Of a DNA stretch of 64,000 nucleotides, positions 1-13,814 are shown piece by piece. Source of the stretch: Negaprion brevirostris (Eukaryota); assembly GCA_030324005.1 (NCBI GenBank), contig JARDVH010000042.1:81002760-81066759 (forward strand), written 5' to 3'. The position numbers and the translations under genes were made by a program. The notes below the pieces were generated by a model. It worked only from the letters and a program-made list of their open reading frames with translations. It had not been told where the DNA came from and made no database searches. Position 1 is the stretch's first letter. Every line of letters starts with the position of its first letter.

Positions 1-451
1 GAGAGGGTCATGTCAGTCAGCCACCCGGGCCAGGGGATGATGAGGTGGCCATATGAAAGGGAGTTGGGGGGATGTTAAGGAGGTCAGTAATGTTGGGGAG
101 TCTCCGATGTCCATGGTGTGGGTGCGTGGGGAGTAGTGTGAGAGGCTGCATGTGGCCTGGGAGGGTTCTGCCAGGAGAGCTGCTTTATTTTTTGCTTTTT
201 CTGTGCAGTTTATGGCTCTGATCTGAGCTGTCTGGCAAGTTATGCCCCGCTCACTGCCTCTAGTGGCTAGAAACAGTCCAGCCCATGTTTTCAGAGACTG
301 AGTGCATAAAATTGGACACGAAAACTCACCTGAAAAACAGATCAGGAACTTTCCCATTTTCATGCTAGTTGGACACTTAGTAAAAATCTCATAAAATTCC
401 ACCCTGGATGTTTGCCTTTATTCACCAGTGATATAACATAGGAACAGGGAA

Positions 452-998
452 GTTATGCTGAAACAGTATAAACATTGGCTAAGCAACTGTTGCCAAGTAC
501 TGCATGCAGTTCTGACGATAGAAAAGATTTGGTCGCATTTAAGAGGGTACAGAAGAGATTTAAAAGGATGTTGCCTGGACTGGAGAATGTTAAGCCGTGG
601 GGAAAGTTTAGATAGACTAGAGTTCTTTTCCTTGGAACAGGGGAAACTGAGGGAAGCAATAATTGAGGTGTATTAAATGATGAGGGGTCCACATTAAGCA
701 GATTGAAAGGTCCAATTCCTTTATCGATGGTTTCATAACTAGGGGACATACATTTATAGTAAATGGTAGGAGGTTTGAAGCATTTTCACCCAAAAGCTGT
801 TGGGGATCTGGAACTGTTTGCAAGGGTCATAGAGACAGAAGCCCTCATAATATTTAAAAAGAACTTGGTGTGCACTTGTAGTGCTATAATCATCGAGATT
901 AGAAACTCAGCAGGGAATTGGGATCAGGCTGGATGACTCCATGCAGACATGATGGGCTGGCAGGCCTCCTCCCATTATGGATTCTATGCTTCTATTCT
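452..998 (+). mobile_element. CR1-clade LINE 3' fragment (degenerate RT C-terminus and 3' UTR)
   Basis: Decayed coding for the CR1 motifs YCxQF..., ERVQRRF.RMLPGL, LDRL.LFSLEQ.KLR; ends in an (attctat)n-like tail. Confidence 0.85.
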
Positions 999-1934
999 AG
1001 CATTTATATAATTGGAATTTACAAATAATTATTAGAATACTGCGTAAGTGCTTGAACATATATAGCGAACAACATTTGGATGACTTTACAGCTGGCTTCA
1101 GAACGCCATATTACATTTCTTGCAACCTTGAGTTATTTGCAGAATACTGCTAATGTATTGTGTGCTTTCTAATTGCTGGAGTGAACACCAAGAGCCAAAT
1201 TGCAGCCAAATCAAAATGGGTACCATCTCGAGTCAGCTATTTTGAGATCAATTATATACTTCTCGTGTTTTATTACTGACATAATGGAATCGCTTGCAAG
1301 CATTTGGTCACCAGCTGAAGAAGAACATTTTCACTGGACTAAGCCTTCCATTCCCCTACCTCAGCAGCCTTTTTTTTGGCAGCTGCTTAAATATTTCCTT
1401 GAGCTCAGATTTAGGTTAGATAGCATGTGGCTGGAATGTTCTGTATTATGTAACGTTAACAATAATTGTGCTAGGTTACTTTGGGCAGTAATATCTGTCA
1501 CATTCATGTAACACTGACCCCCCTCCCTCCCCCCCTTGACTGCTATGGATAAAACCACTTGGCTGGATGGTGTAAGATTCCAAAGGAACAAGAACAGCAA
1601 ACTCACTGATGTCTCCTAGATTTTTATGCATAAATGTGCGCCAGTGATTGATTGGTTCACACTTATGGATGTTCCAGGCCCCAGATTTCAATTAGCGAAA
1701 GAAGATAAATGGAATTAACTTTCATGTAACTATCAGTCTGTTTGTGCCTAAAAATGGGCCTATGAAATGGTAGAGGAATAAGTGTTAGCACATGATGGTA
1801 AAGACAAGCTATAGTAGATGAATGGTTTTTCAATGAATCACCAGGTTGTTATACAAAGTGATTCGGCAATGCAAATATTTGCTGATGGGATTAAATTGGA
1901 AGAGAAAAGGAAGGGATAGAGCTCCAGAACCCTA

Positions 1935-2080
1935 CCGTACGTGGTCACCTCCAATACTTATGCCACTCTCCACTAATAATATTGGTGGTACCCCATCCAT
2001 TGGTGGTAGGATCTGATCGGGCAGTATCTCCTCTGTTGTGGTGCGCCAGCTTCTCCTGCAAGAAGAATGGAAGTGGGCTA
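1935..2080 (-). mobile_element. Harbinger Myb/SANT-like ORF exon relic
   Basis: Acceptor ttcttgcag followed by EKLAHHNR; resembles the exon starting at 4003. Confidence 0.5.
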
Positions 2081-2172
2081 ACATGTGCTCCCTTGTAAGG
2101 TTGAAAGAAATAAAAGGCAGTACAGCACGGTGCGTACGATGACACGAAAAAATGGTAGCACCAGCCAAGAGT

Positions 2173-2530
2173 GGGGCAGCATGGTGGCACAGTGGTTAGC
2201 ACAGCTGTCTCACAGCTCGAGTGATCTTGATTCAATTCTGGTCTTGGGTCACTGTGTGGAATTTGTATATTCTCCCCCTGTCTGTGTGGGTTTCATCCTG
2301 ATGCTCCAGTTTCCTCCCACACTCCAAATATGTGTAGATTGAGATAGATTGGCCTTGCTAAAATTATCCCTTGGTTCACCAAGATGTGCAGGTCACATGG
2401 ATTAGCCATGGTAAATGTGTGGGGTTATGGGGATAGGGCCTGAGTAAGATACTCAGAGAGTCGGTGCAACTACGATGGGCCGAGTGACTGTTCTGCACTG
2501 TAGGGATTCTATGATTCTACGATTCTATGA
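2173..2530 (+). mobile_element. HE1-type tRNA-derived SINE, near full length
   Basis: Head GGGCAGCATGGTGGCACAGTGGTTAGCAC (A-box), central TTTCCTCCCACACTCCAAA, CR1-like tail (attctatg)n. Confidence 0.9.
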
Positions 2531-2599
2531 ATTAATGGTTGTATGTTTTGAGGGTGTGAATAACAGCAGAAGGACATTCAATAAGTGCTCTGTGTTGAT

Positions 2600-3295
2600 T
2601 TGAGGAGTGACATGGAGAGGAAGCTGGAACTAAAATAGAGCATTTTTTGAATTGGCAGGCAGTGACTAGTGAGTCACTAGTGCAGGTATCAGTGCTTAGG
2701 CCCCAGCTAGGCACAATATATATTAAAGATTTGTTTGAGGGAGCCAAAAGTAATTTTTCTAAGTTTGCTGATGACACGGTGGTGGGAGGATGTGCAGAGG
2801 CTTTAAGATGATTTAGATAAGTTGAGTCAGTGGGCAAATACATGGCAGATAAAGTTAAACATCCATAAATCTGAAGTTATCCATTTTGAATGGAGAAATA
2901 GAGTGGCAGAGTATTATTTAAACGGTGAAAGATTGGGAAATGTTAATGTACTAAGGGACCTGCGTACCCTCGTACACTAGTCACTGAAAGCAAACATGCA
3001 TTGACAACAAACAATTAGGGAGGCAAATGGTATGTTGCAAGAGGACCTGAGTATAGGAGCAAGAATACCTTACTGCAGCTATACAGCGCCTTGGTGAGAC
3101 CAGTCCTGGAGTATTGTGTGCAGTTTTGATCTTCTCCTCTAAGAAATGATATACTTGCCAGTGTTGGTTACCAGACTGATTCCTAGGATGGGAGGATTGT
3201 CACATGAGGAGAGATGGGGTTGACTGGGCCAGTATTCATGGAATTTATAAGAATGCAAGGGGATCTAATTGAAATTCTAACGGGGCTGGACAAAC
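2600..3295 (+). mobile_element. CR1-clade LINE reverse transcriptase fragment
   Basis: Decayed VTS..QVSVLGP, SKFADDT, LLQLYSALVRPVLEYCVQF motifs with stops and frameshifts. Confidence 0.9.
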
Positions 3296-4468
3296 TGGAA
3301 CTTCCCCAAAAAATGGCCAAGTGTCAATTTTGGCATGAAAATCCATGTGATTCCACTGGTCCTAGCAGCACGATTTATACAGAAACTTCTAGGGACTTCC
3401 AAAGAAAAAATTCTCCCACATGAAAAACGCTGCACCTGAGGTGCAAAGTGGGTGATTTGCCTGCCCCCGGGGTAGGTCTTCTGAGCACTTTAATCAAGGG
3501 AAGCTTTAAATGGCTCCACAACATTTGCTCTTATTCAAGCCAGGAGGGTGGAAATGAGGAAACCTGCTCCACAATAAATGGAGGGGGCCCTCACCTATAT
3601 GCTGGATGCTGTGGAGGAGAAACGACCAACAAGATACTCTTGGGCTGGCAGGAAACCTTCCAGCAAGATCACAAATAGTCGCAGCACTGAACATGTCAGT
3701 GACCTGCACAAGAGGATAGGGTTGCAATGCCGCAAGAAGATGAATGATCTGTTCTGTTCTGACAGGGTAGCTGTTCCCTGTCTCTTCTCTGCCTTCACCC
3801 CTCTGAAAGTCACCTCAATCCCAGATGCTACCGCCTAGCAAGGCCCCAGCACCTGACTTCACACAAGCTTCCTCACACCTCCTGGCACTCCTCTTTAGAA
3901 CACTGTGCTTATATGCAGTATCACGTATCCACACATGCCAAGTCTCAGCGACATCTGATCCGGCAGGCATCCACTCACACTGCCCCATTTGTGTCTCTAT
4001 AGGAGAAGTTTGCCCACAGCTGCCGCGAGTGAGAGAAGATGGGCGATGGGATGCCTGAGCTGAAGATCCTGGTTTCTTTTGAGAAGAAAACCCTGGAGCT
4101 TGCAGAAAAGGAGCAGGAGCGGGCCCATGTTAAGAGCAAGGTGGGCCTGCAAGAGAAAGTGAGGAGCCATCGCACTTTCATCCAGATGACCAGTCTGAAG
4201 TGAGTTCTCTGTATTTCAAGTCTTTGCCTTGCCATGAAGAATTACCATGTTACTTTCTTTGCAGAACATCACCTATCAGCCAGGCCAGTCCACCACCAGT
4301 GTCCCACTGACCATTCTGGACATGACTTTGGAGGAGATACCAGAGGAGGACACCAAGGATTCGTCACAGTTATCACTTGCAAATCCATCATCGCAGAGGC
4401 ACACTCGTCAGTGGGCAATTGTAGCAGGCCACTGACCATCCTGGACATGACATGGACACAGGTGAAGT
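3296..4468 (+). mobile_element. Harbinger (PIF) transposon Myb/SANT-like gene relic with introns
   Basis: ORF 3578-3838 LDAVEEKR..YSWAGRKPS...QCRKKMNDL (trihelix Myb signature); acceptor tctctatag then EKFAH from 4003. Confidence 0.8.
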
Positions 4469-5694
4469 NNNNNNNNNNNNNNNNNNNNNNNNNNNNNNNN
4501 NNNNNNNNNNNNNNNNNNNNNNNNNNNNNNNNNNNNNNNNGCTCACCAACTTAATGCCTCAGAATCTTTAATCTCCCAGTGGCATGGCACTTCTCCCCAT
4601 CAGGACACAGTTGTTCTCAGTGAGCCTCCATGCCCACCAGATGGTTAGGCCCTCTCATTTTAAATGTTTCATTCACAGTGATAGGACTCAGTCATGATTC
4701 AGTGAACTCTAGACCCTCACCCTAATCCCCCTCTAGAGCAAAGGGATAAAGGAATGTAGCGCTGAAACTCACTCAGACATGATCCAGAGAGTCAGCATGC
4801 TGGCAGCAGACAGACAGGAGTCAGACATAAGCAGTGACTGAGGTGTATCAAACTCTAGACATGCCAAGGCAACGGAACCGCATCTTCAGGCTGGTGCACT
4901 GCTCGTTATGCACCTTACTGTACCTGGTCCCTGAAGTGAACTGTGACCCCGCAGGAGTGTCATCTGCCATGACCTGAGGAACTGTCACTTGTCCCTAAGG
5001 AACCATCCCAGTAGCCTGGGCTGTCCCTCAAACATTCCAGGGATATGAGTATTTCCAACACTTTCTGTTTGATACCAACATCCACAGCATTTTGCTTTTA
5101 TTCTCCACAGATTAATAAAGTACAAGCTGACAAGCATAGAAATCTGGATGACATTCTTGGCCTCCCTTAAGTGATCAGGTGAAATGTAAAAACTGAAAAG
5201 AAACTCAATCCAAAGCTCATTCAGCCTGTTAACTGCACAGGTGTGGTATTAGCTTATCTATTACAATGCAAAATTACTACATGGTTAAAATTGTGCAAGG
5301 ATTTATCCCTATGCCAACATTTGGCTTCATTGCTGTTGTTGAATTATTTGCCTGGTAAACGCTTGCTATAAAGCATAAACTGACATTATTACCACCCAAC
5401 AGCAAATCACATGTCACCCACATGGAATTTAGGCCAAATGAAAATAATTTCCAGGTGAAGTATCAATCTTTTATTTTCAAACTCTGCAACCTGTTATTCT
5501 GAAGTGACCTTGTGTCCTCCAGTTTGTAATTCCTGCAGTATTCTGGCAAATAAGTTTCAACTCTTAGCTCTTAAATCTCGAGTTCCATAATGTAGGTTAT
5601 CTGGAAAGTGACCTGTGTTGTGCATGCTACTCCATCAAAATGGTTGAAGAAGTGGATTGATTATTTATGCCATCTTTGTGCTATTCTCCTTAGT

Positions 5695-5855
5695 ACTGAG
5701 TTCTCCAGTCATTCACGCCGGCAAGATTCTCCAGTCCTGCCGGCCATGGGAATTCCCATTGTCAGCAGCAGGACCACAGAATCTCACTGCTAGCAAACAA
5801 CATGTACCTCCTGCCAGTGGGAATCACATGGCTGGGAGGCTGGAGAGTCTAGCCC
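5695..5855. mobile_element. Short MITE-like repeat (related copies at 21228-21440 and 34935-35113)
   Basis: Shared core TTCACGCC..CA.GATTCTC and GGGAA.TCCCATT; imperfect terminal inverted repeats. Confidence 0.6.
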
Positions 5856-6254
5856 GTGTTATACAGTTCCAGCTGATCTTCAGTAGTTTTGCTCATTGAA
5901 GCAGAGGAATATGCAGTATTATCAGGGTGACTAAGTTACAGTGATTAAGTCAATTGCTAAACATTGCATATATATGCAAATCATGATATGTTTGGGTTTA
6001 CATCCTATAATGATGTGCTCTTTTCCCCCACGGAAACCATGCATTAGCGGACTTGGCTAATGTTTTAAGAAAACATTTTTTATTCTTTCATGGGAAGAGG
6101 GCATCGCTGGCTACGCCAACATTTAATGTCCATCCCTATTTGCCACACTTGGGTCATTTAAGAGTCAATCTGATGGAATTTCTCTGACGTTCTTATCTAT
6201 TGCTGCTACATAATCCAGATCTCATAGCAGTACAGGAGTGTGGTTTTAAGTTTT

Positions 6255-6712
6255 GAGCCATGAGGAGAGGCTGAATAGACTGGGCTTGTACTCGTTAGAG
6301 TTTAGAAGGGTGAGGGGAGATCTCATTGAGACGTATAAGATGATGAAAGGGATGGATAGGGTAGAGGTGGAGAAGTTCTTCCTGCTCAGAAAGGACAGCA
6401 GGACTAGAGGGCACAGCCTCAAGATAAAGGGGGGGGCGGTTTAGAACAGAGTTGACGAGGAGCTTCTTCACTCAAAGGGTGGTGAATCTCTGGAATTCTC
6501 TGCCCGTTGAAGCGGTGGAGGCTACCTCGCTAAATATATNNNNNNNNNNNNNNNNNNNNNNNNNNNNNNNNNNNNNNNNNNNNNNNNNNNNNNNNNNNNN
6601 NNNNNNNNNNNNNNNNNNNNNNNNNNNNNNNNNNNNNNNATCTTACTGAATGGCGGGGCAGGCTCAAAGGGCTAGATGGCCTACTCCTGCTCCTATTTCT
6701 TATGTTCTTATG
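6255..6712 (+). mobile_element. CR1-clade LINE 3' end, low divergence
   Basis: SHEERLNRLGLYSLEFRRVRGDLIETYKMMKG...RTRGHSLK, FFTQRVVNLWNSLP; tail (ttcttatg)n. Confidence 0.95.
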
Positions 6713-6714
6713 TA

Positions 6715-6845
6715 ATTATTAGTGTCACAAGTAGGCTTACATTAACACTGCAATGAAGTTGCTGTGTAAATTCCCTAGTTGCCATTCCCCAGTGCCTGTT
6801 CGGGTACATTGAGGAAGAATTTAGCATGGCCAATCCACCTAACAA
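6715..6845 (-). mobile_element. SINE 3' portion
   Basis: Reverse complement of the tail ...AACTTCATTGCAGTGTTAATGTAAGCCTACTTGTGACACTAATAA, shared with copies at 7500, 15710, 16390, 53760. Confidence 0.8.
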
Positions 6846-7273
6846 CTGATAATGACAACTGTTCTGTACATTCGGACTTTATTGACTTGCAGAGACCTTT
6901 GTTATCAAACACTCGCTGCTGTAGTTTTTAAAAGGCTGAGCTGGCGCAGCTGATCCAGTGTTGGATCCCCCCGGTCAATAGCAGTCTTTTTGAAAGAAGT
7001 GGCTGCCAAGGAAAGAGACGTACTCAATAGAATCAACAATTATGGGAAGTGGAATATTTGGCTGACGAGGTGTGTAGATACATTTTGTTTAGACAACTTT
7101 CAAGGACAGACTGATGGTCGACAGAGGGTCGATGGGCAGGGTGAGCTGGTATGACCACGAGAGAGGCAGAAAATCGGGTTTGCACCTGTTGTCTCACCTG
7201 TCACGATCTTACCAGCACCAGGTATCCAATGAGATTAGCCTGCCCGAAAAGGGTGCAAGACTGATCTCAATAT

Positions 7274-7555
7274 GGGGGAGCAGCATGGTGACACAGTGAT
7301 TAGCACTGCTGTCTCACAGAGCTAGGGATCCAGTTTTGATTCCTGGCTTGTATGGAGTTTGCACGTTCTCCCTGTGTCTGCGTAGGTTTCTTCCAGGTGT
7401 TCCGGTGTCCTCCCACAGTCCAAAGATGTACAGGTTAGGTGTATTGGTCGTGCTAAATTCTCCCTCAGTGTACCCAGAGTGTGGTGATTATGGGCTTTTC
7501 ACAGTAACTTCACTGCAGTTCCTACTTGTGACTCACAAATAAACTTTAACTTTTT
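7274..7555 (+). mobile_element. HE1-related tRNA SINE (alternative tail)
   Basis: Head CAGCATGGTGACACAGTGATTAGCACTGCTG; tail CACAGTAACTTCACTGCAG...AATAAACTTTAACTTT. Confidence 0.85.
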
Positions 7556-8709
7556 AAATTCTATCTGTGCAGTATGCCAATTACTGCCAATGCAGTAATC
7601 ATCACAGTCTATATGCGCATTGGTGCTCTTCTGCATGCCACCTCATTGCAGTCCCCTCCAAAAAATGACTGTCTGCAACATCACACTCAAGTGAACTTGC
7701 TCATGCACTATCTTTCTCCCTAGTCTGGTTATAGCTCTCTTATGCCTAGTAACTCACCATGTGCTGGTTCCAACTCTATATTACCCTCTAAAGTCTGTTC
7801 AGTGCCAATGTCTGAGCTAGTGGCTGTAAGTGTTCAGATCAAGGTGCTTTATCATAACACTATTCTCATCCGCCCTCCCTGTACTGCCACCCTGACGCCT
7901 GTCTTTACTGTTGCCAGTCATTCCAGTACGCTGCCGCCCATATTGAAATGGGACAAACCTTATGTTGCACCTGCAAAACCCAGAATTGCTCAAGGTCATC
8001 CTGCAAGACCATTTTCAGCCTCTTATCAGCATAAACTAGCAGCCTTCCACCAGCCTTGCTGCAGCTATTTAGTCGCAATGTGAGGAGCACAAGGATAGGA
8101 AAAGGCACCAATAAGACAGGCCCTAAGAGAATGCGCAAGATTAATCAGTTTTGTATGAATTAGTGGATACATTGTTTGATAAACATGTTATAGAATGGTT
8201 TTTTGATGGTGTCTTGAACTTCAGGATTTTGGATAACTGTAGTAATCTATAGCAGATGGATTGTAAAATAAGAATTGTGAAGCAAAGCTGATGTGGGGTT
8301 AATATCTCAAGGGAAGCACAGTCCAAGTATCTGTTCACAGAGAGCTCAACTGGAGCAAAGGGGATTCCAGATGCCTCCTCCTCTTCCTGAGCTGGTCTAC
8401 AAATGGTTGGTGGCAGGGCCAGCTCCTTTATAATAATCAATTTGCCGAGGATGCAGCTTTCCACCATGAATTTCGCAACACAATGCAGCGAGTAGTGTCG
8501 TGCTCCCCCTAAGCAGTCCAGGCAGCTGAAACATTGTGTGGGGATGNNNNNNNNNNCTGTTCCAAAATAGTCTTGGCTGCTGCACGGTTCTCATCGTAAG
8601 CGCACTGTCCTTGCTTGCTTGACAGAGGGGAATCATTAGCTAGGTGTAAAACAGGCAGCTTTTGTCCCCCAGCTGTCAGCCTCTGGTTGTTCACGATTTG
8701 CCAAAGACT

Positions 8710-9780
8710 TTGATTTGATTGATTATTGTCACATGTATTGATATACAATGAAAAATATTGTTTCTTGTGTGCTATATAGACAAAGTACAACATTCAGAAA
8801 GTACGTAGCATATCTTTTTCTCAATGGAAGAAGGTGGAAGAGAATATGCCCAGGGTGTATGGGGTCCTTGATTATGCTGGCTGCTTGTCCAAAGCAGCAG
8901 GAAATATAGACAGAGTCAACAGATGGGAGGCTGGTTTGCATGATGGAATGGGCTACATTCAGAACCCTTTGTAGTTTCTTGTGGTCTTGGTCAAATCAGG
9001 AATCATACCAAGCTGTGACACATCCAGAAAGGATGCTTTCTATGTTGCATCTGATGAGAATCATAGCGGACTGTCGAATTTCCTTAGTTTTCTGAGAAAG
9101 TAAAGGCATTGGTGGGCTTTCTTAACTATAGGTTCAGCGTGGAGTGACCAGGACAGCCTGTTGTTGAGCTAGACACCTAGAAACATGAAGTTCTCAACCA
9201 TTTTTACTTCATCTCNNNNNNNNNNNNNNNNNNNNNNNNNNNNNNNNNNNNNNNNNNNNNNNNNNNNNNNNNNNNNNNNNNNNNNNNNNNNNNAGGGCCT
9301 TGTCCTCCACTACACCTCCTGAAGACAATGACAATCTCTTTCATTTTACTGATATTGAGGGAGAGATTTTTGTCATTGCACCAATTCACCAGATTGTCTA
9401 TCTCATTACTGTACCCCATCTCATCACAGTTTGAGATCCGACCCACTACAGTAGTGTCATTAGCAAACTTGAAAATCAAGTTGGAGGGGAATTTGGCCAC
9501 ACAGTCATGGATGTATAAGGAGTATAGTATGGGGCTGAGGACACAGCATTGTGGGACACCGGTGTTGAGGATAATTGTGGAGGAGGTGGTCTTGTCGGTC
9601 TTTACTGATTGCAGTCTGTGGATTATGAAGTCTAGGATCCAGTCGCAGAGGGAGAACTGAGCTGTAGGCCACGGAATTTGGAGTGAGTTTCGTAGAAATT
9701 ATGGTGTTGAAGGCTGAGTTGTAATAAATAGGAATCTGATAAAAGTGTCTTTGTTATCTAGGTGTTCCAGGGCTGAGATG
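8710..9780 (-). mobile_element. Rex1/Babar-type LINE, RT C-terminus and 3' end
   Basis: FKFANDTTVVGRISN...LVNWCNDKNLSLNISKMKEIVIVFRR; tail (aatcaa)n. Confidence 0.9.
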
Positions 9781-10626
9781 ATGGGTAAAGCTGACTGCTA
9801 TGGGCTGCTGCCAAGATAGTGGGCAGTCACTGAGAGGACCCTCTGTGAATGGTTACACACCAACTGGATGTAAATGGAGTGGATGTCTTTGCAGTCCCAA
9901 TGCATCTCCCCAGTAACAGATGAGTTTCTTAGAGCCATGTGCATGAAATCAATGGGACATTGCACTATTGGGAATCCTGCTAGCCTGGCAAAGCTCCATG
10001 CTCTCTCCTCCTGCCTCTCTCTGGTCAAAGCTTTTGAGGTGGTAGTGTGGATAAGCACAGTATTAGTATTAAGCTTTGCATTTTATTTAACGTTATATTT
10101 TTCCATTTATTGAAACAAAGTCTACTGAGCCATATCCATGGTCTTTTCTAAATCCACGTCAATCTTGCAAAGCCACTGATTGGACTCTTCACTATGGTAC
10201 CTACTAATTGACCCCTACAGTATAGAAGAAGGTCAATAGGACCATCATGCCTGCATCTTAATGCGTGCCTTAATGACAATAGTCCAGTGTCGAGGTCAGA
10301 GCATGGTCTGCTCTGACCATGGAACAAGTATTTTCCTGTTGACTCAATGCCTTACTGTAAATTCATTTTTCCACTGTTAAATAAACCAAATAATCTAACA
10401 TCACTTTGTAGAATTAGTTGCAAACAGTACAAGTGAAATAGTAAAACTAATGTACAATGTAGTACATAAGGTTTCAATTTTTTGTTCTTCTTCATGTGAT
10501 GAAAGTGACTAAAATATCTGGATAACTCATTGAATTAACCCAACCCAGCCATTTCCCACAGCTTCTTTATTGCTTAAATGTATTGACAATAGGACACACT
10601 TCAAATGGAGCTCAGGACCTTTAAGC

Positions 10627-10794
10627 CAAAAGAGGAAATGTTGGAAAATCTCAGTAGGTCTGGCGGCATCTGTAAGGAGAGAAAAGAGCTGACGTTTTGA
10701 GTCCAGATGACCATTTGTCAAAGCTAAAAAGCAAAGAAAGTGGGAGATACTTATACTGCAGGGTAAGGAAATGAAAGATGAGTCATAGCCACAG
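10627..10794 (-). mobile_element. Penelope-like element terminus with decayed hammerhead motif
   Basis: Same family as 18863-19050; minus strand 10687-10725 reads AGCT-TTGACAA-A-TGGTC-ATCTG-GACTC-AAAA-CG-TC-AGCT; runs into a gap. Confidence 0.7.
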
Positions 10795-12331
10795 NNNNNN
10801 NNNNNNNNNNNNNNNNNNNNNNNNNNNNNNNNNNNNNNNNNNNNNNNNNNNNNNNNNNNNNNNNNNNNNNNNNNNNNNNNNNNNNNNNNNNNNNNNNNNN
10901 NNNNNNNNNNNNNNNNNNNNNNNNNNNNNNNNNNNNNNNNNNNNNNNNNNNNNNNNNNNNNNNNNNNNNNNNNNNNNNNNNNNNNNNNNNNNNNNNNNNN
11001 NNNNNNNNNNNNNNNNNNNNNNNNNNNCAGTAAAAAATTAAATAAAATTGAATGACTTTCATGTTGGGAATCCTTTTGCAGTAAGTGGGTTAAAAGAGGG
11101 TGGCCCTCTTGTAATAGACTGAGGGGCACTCTCTAATTTTAAAGGATTAAATTACAAATGCAATTTCTCTTATGAACTCCCTGGCTCCAACTGCAAGCCC
11201 CTCCTCAACCTGTGGTCTGAATCCTCCTGCTGGTTGGCTCAGCTTTCCGGTGGGGAATCCCATAAAGTCCTCAACGATCATGTGGCCCTTGGTACATGCC
11301 CCCCATCTTCAAAGGCCACACTACTACACCTATGAAGACTACAGTTCAGTATAATATGGAGCTGCACAGAAAAAGCTTGATATTTGAGTCTATAAAGGCC
11401 CATATCATCCAATCTCCAGATAGCCATAATCCATAGGAATTGTTTGAACTTCTGATGGCAACTCCTCTGCCCCCCAGAACCCTCTGAAAAGTCTTCAACT
11501 CTGAGTTTGAGTTGGACACTACGGACAGTTCCGACTTTCATACTTTGTAGTTACCCAGGAAGTGTTGGGCAGATTAAAAACAAGTCCAACACCAGGACAA
11601 CCACAGAAATGACCTTCCCCCAGTCACCCACACTGAGTCCCATGCTCCTCACCAACTTCCCCCAAACCCCGAATATCCCCAAACCACCCAACTACCTGCA
11701 ATCCTCTGACCGTTCCCTGTGATTTCCCAATCTCCCACTGATGCACCTAGCTTCTCCCCCAACCCTCCAATTCTCTCCACTGACCCCCCCAACCCAAACA
11801 GTCAAGCCATCACAACTTAGCTATTCTGTACCCTCTGACTGTGCCCCAAACCAGACCCCATTAGCCCGTTACCACCCGACTACACCTCCAACACCCGGAT
11901 CCCCCCACCTGACCCTACCCACCTATCTACCCTCCTTCACCCACCTCTAAGCCCCCTTGCCATCATAACCTCCCAAAACATTCACTTCCTTCTACCACCT
12001 TCGCTGCTCCCACTCCACATCGAACATTCATCTTTTTCCACCCATATGCCCACCTCTTAGAAAATCCTATCACTATGCACTCCACAGCTCTTCCAGAATT
12101 CCCACATACCCTACAACCTGAAACATGGACGTCATCTTTACTATTTTCATTTGTATCCTCAGCTTTAAAAAAGGTCAGATTTATTAGATGAAATTTAATA
12201 ATAACCAAGCCCACAAATGTTGAATTTCCATGGAAAAATTCACAGAATTATAGAATTTGAACTGAAATATATCCTTAATACACAAATGCATTTGAATGAA
12301 TCATTGCAAATCAGAGACTCTGAGAAAACAA

Positions 12332-13084
12332 AGGGGGCAATTATCCCAGTCTGCTGCGCTGCTCAATCACCGCAATGGGCCAGGAGACATTAGCGGAGGC
12401 CGTTTCGTGGGCTTCCTGCAAGTCTCCCACCCAAAGATCTTCAGCATAATCAGCTCTGCACTGGAAATCAGTGCGGAGCTGATTTCAATACTCTAATCCA
12501 GATTTAAATGTCATTCGCAGGCCCAGGACCGAAGCCTCCAGGTCTGCTAGCACCTCCACTCCACGCAAGGTGTGTTTCACTCCAACAGGATTTACAACTG
12601 CTTCCTACTAGCAGAGAAGAGGAGGCTAACCCTCTGCAGGGAAGAGAGGCCATTAAGGCCCCCCCCCCAGGAAATTGGGAGTAAAAGGAGTGCCGCTTGG
12701 GCATTGTTAGCTGGGCAGTGCCAGCCTGGCCTCCCTAACAATGCCCAAGGGCACTTTGGCACTGTCCACCAGGCATTGGGTAATACCAAGGGGGCAGGGC
12801 CAGAGTAGGGCCTATTGTAGGGCAATCACTGGGGGCAATCATTGGGGGCAGAAAGGCCACTGCGCATGTGCCGATCTCCGCTTTGGCAGATTGGCACTTG
12901 TGCAGAGACCCACTCAGTGCTATGCTGCCAGATTCTCAGGCGGGAATAGGCCCCGCCCACAGATTTTGCAATGCACAGAGTGTCGGAGATTCAGTTTGCA
13001 AATCAGGCTAAAAAAATCAGTGGGATTTACTTCCATTCTCACGTGAATTGGGGATTTAAAATATTTTTGGGAGAATCCCAGCCT
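12332..13084. mobile_element. Non-autonomous DNA transposon (MITE-like, GC-rich)
   Basis: Imperfect TIRs GGGGCAATTATCCC / GGGAGAATCCCAGCC; no coding capacity. Confidence 0.55.
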
Positions 13085-13814
13085 AAGTTCTATATAATAC
13101 ACTGAAGAGCAACTTGCATCCGATACAGTGTATTCATCTGCTGCTGTTGTAGAGTACAGGAGGATGTTGCAAGCATGTCCTACTAGACAATCCATTTCTC
13201 CAAGTGTTATTTGGAACAAAACGGTTCATTTCACGTATTGGAACTCAGAGTTTAAGAGCCATGATTGACACTACAGAAATCCTACAGAATACTGCAAGAG
13301 TTGTAAATAGGGTGTACAAGGTGACTTCTGAAATATAGGTTACATAATTTGAAAATAGAAGGTTGCTGATTTACCTGGAAATAATTTTAATTGGCCCCCA
13401 ATTCCTTGTGGATAACATGTGATTTGCTGTCAGGTGGTAAAAATGCAAGTTCTTCCTTTATAGCAAGTTTACCAGACAAATAACTCAAGGGACAGCAATT
13501 AAGCCAGTGGTTGGCATGGAGATAAATCCTTGTGCAATTTTAACCGTGGTAGTAATTTTTACATTGTAACAAAGTAGCTTTGTTTGGATTTTGATGGGTG
13601 TACTCAGTTCATGATTTAAGCTAATGCCAGTCGATATATTGAGAATTGATATTTTTCTGCCATATACAACCCCAATGACAAAAGTAATTAATCCTGCCAT
13701 ATTGATGCCACAGAATGCTTTCTGCATCATTTGATTGATACAATTACCCTTTTGCAGACACACCCGACATCATCCTTCTGCATGATCTAACACTGTCATG
13801 AGAAAGGGGACAAA

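Noticed and set aside
10527-11129. Long ORFs spanning N runs (also 26884-27525, 63661-63930)
   Set aside because: Length is created by gap characters
11590-12120. Pro/Thr-rich ORFs in a C-rich tract (and Gly-rich ORFs at 35690-36080)
   Set aside because: Compositional artefacts of low-complexity sequence
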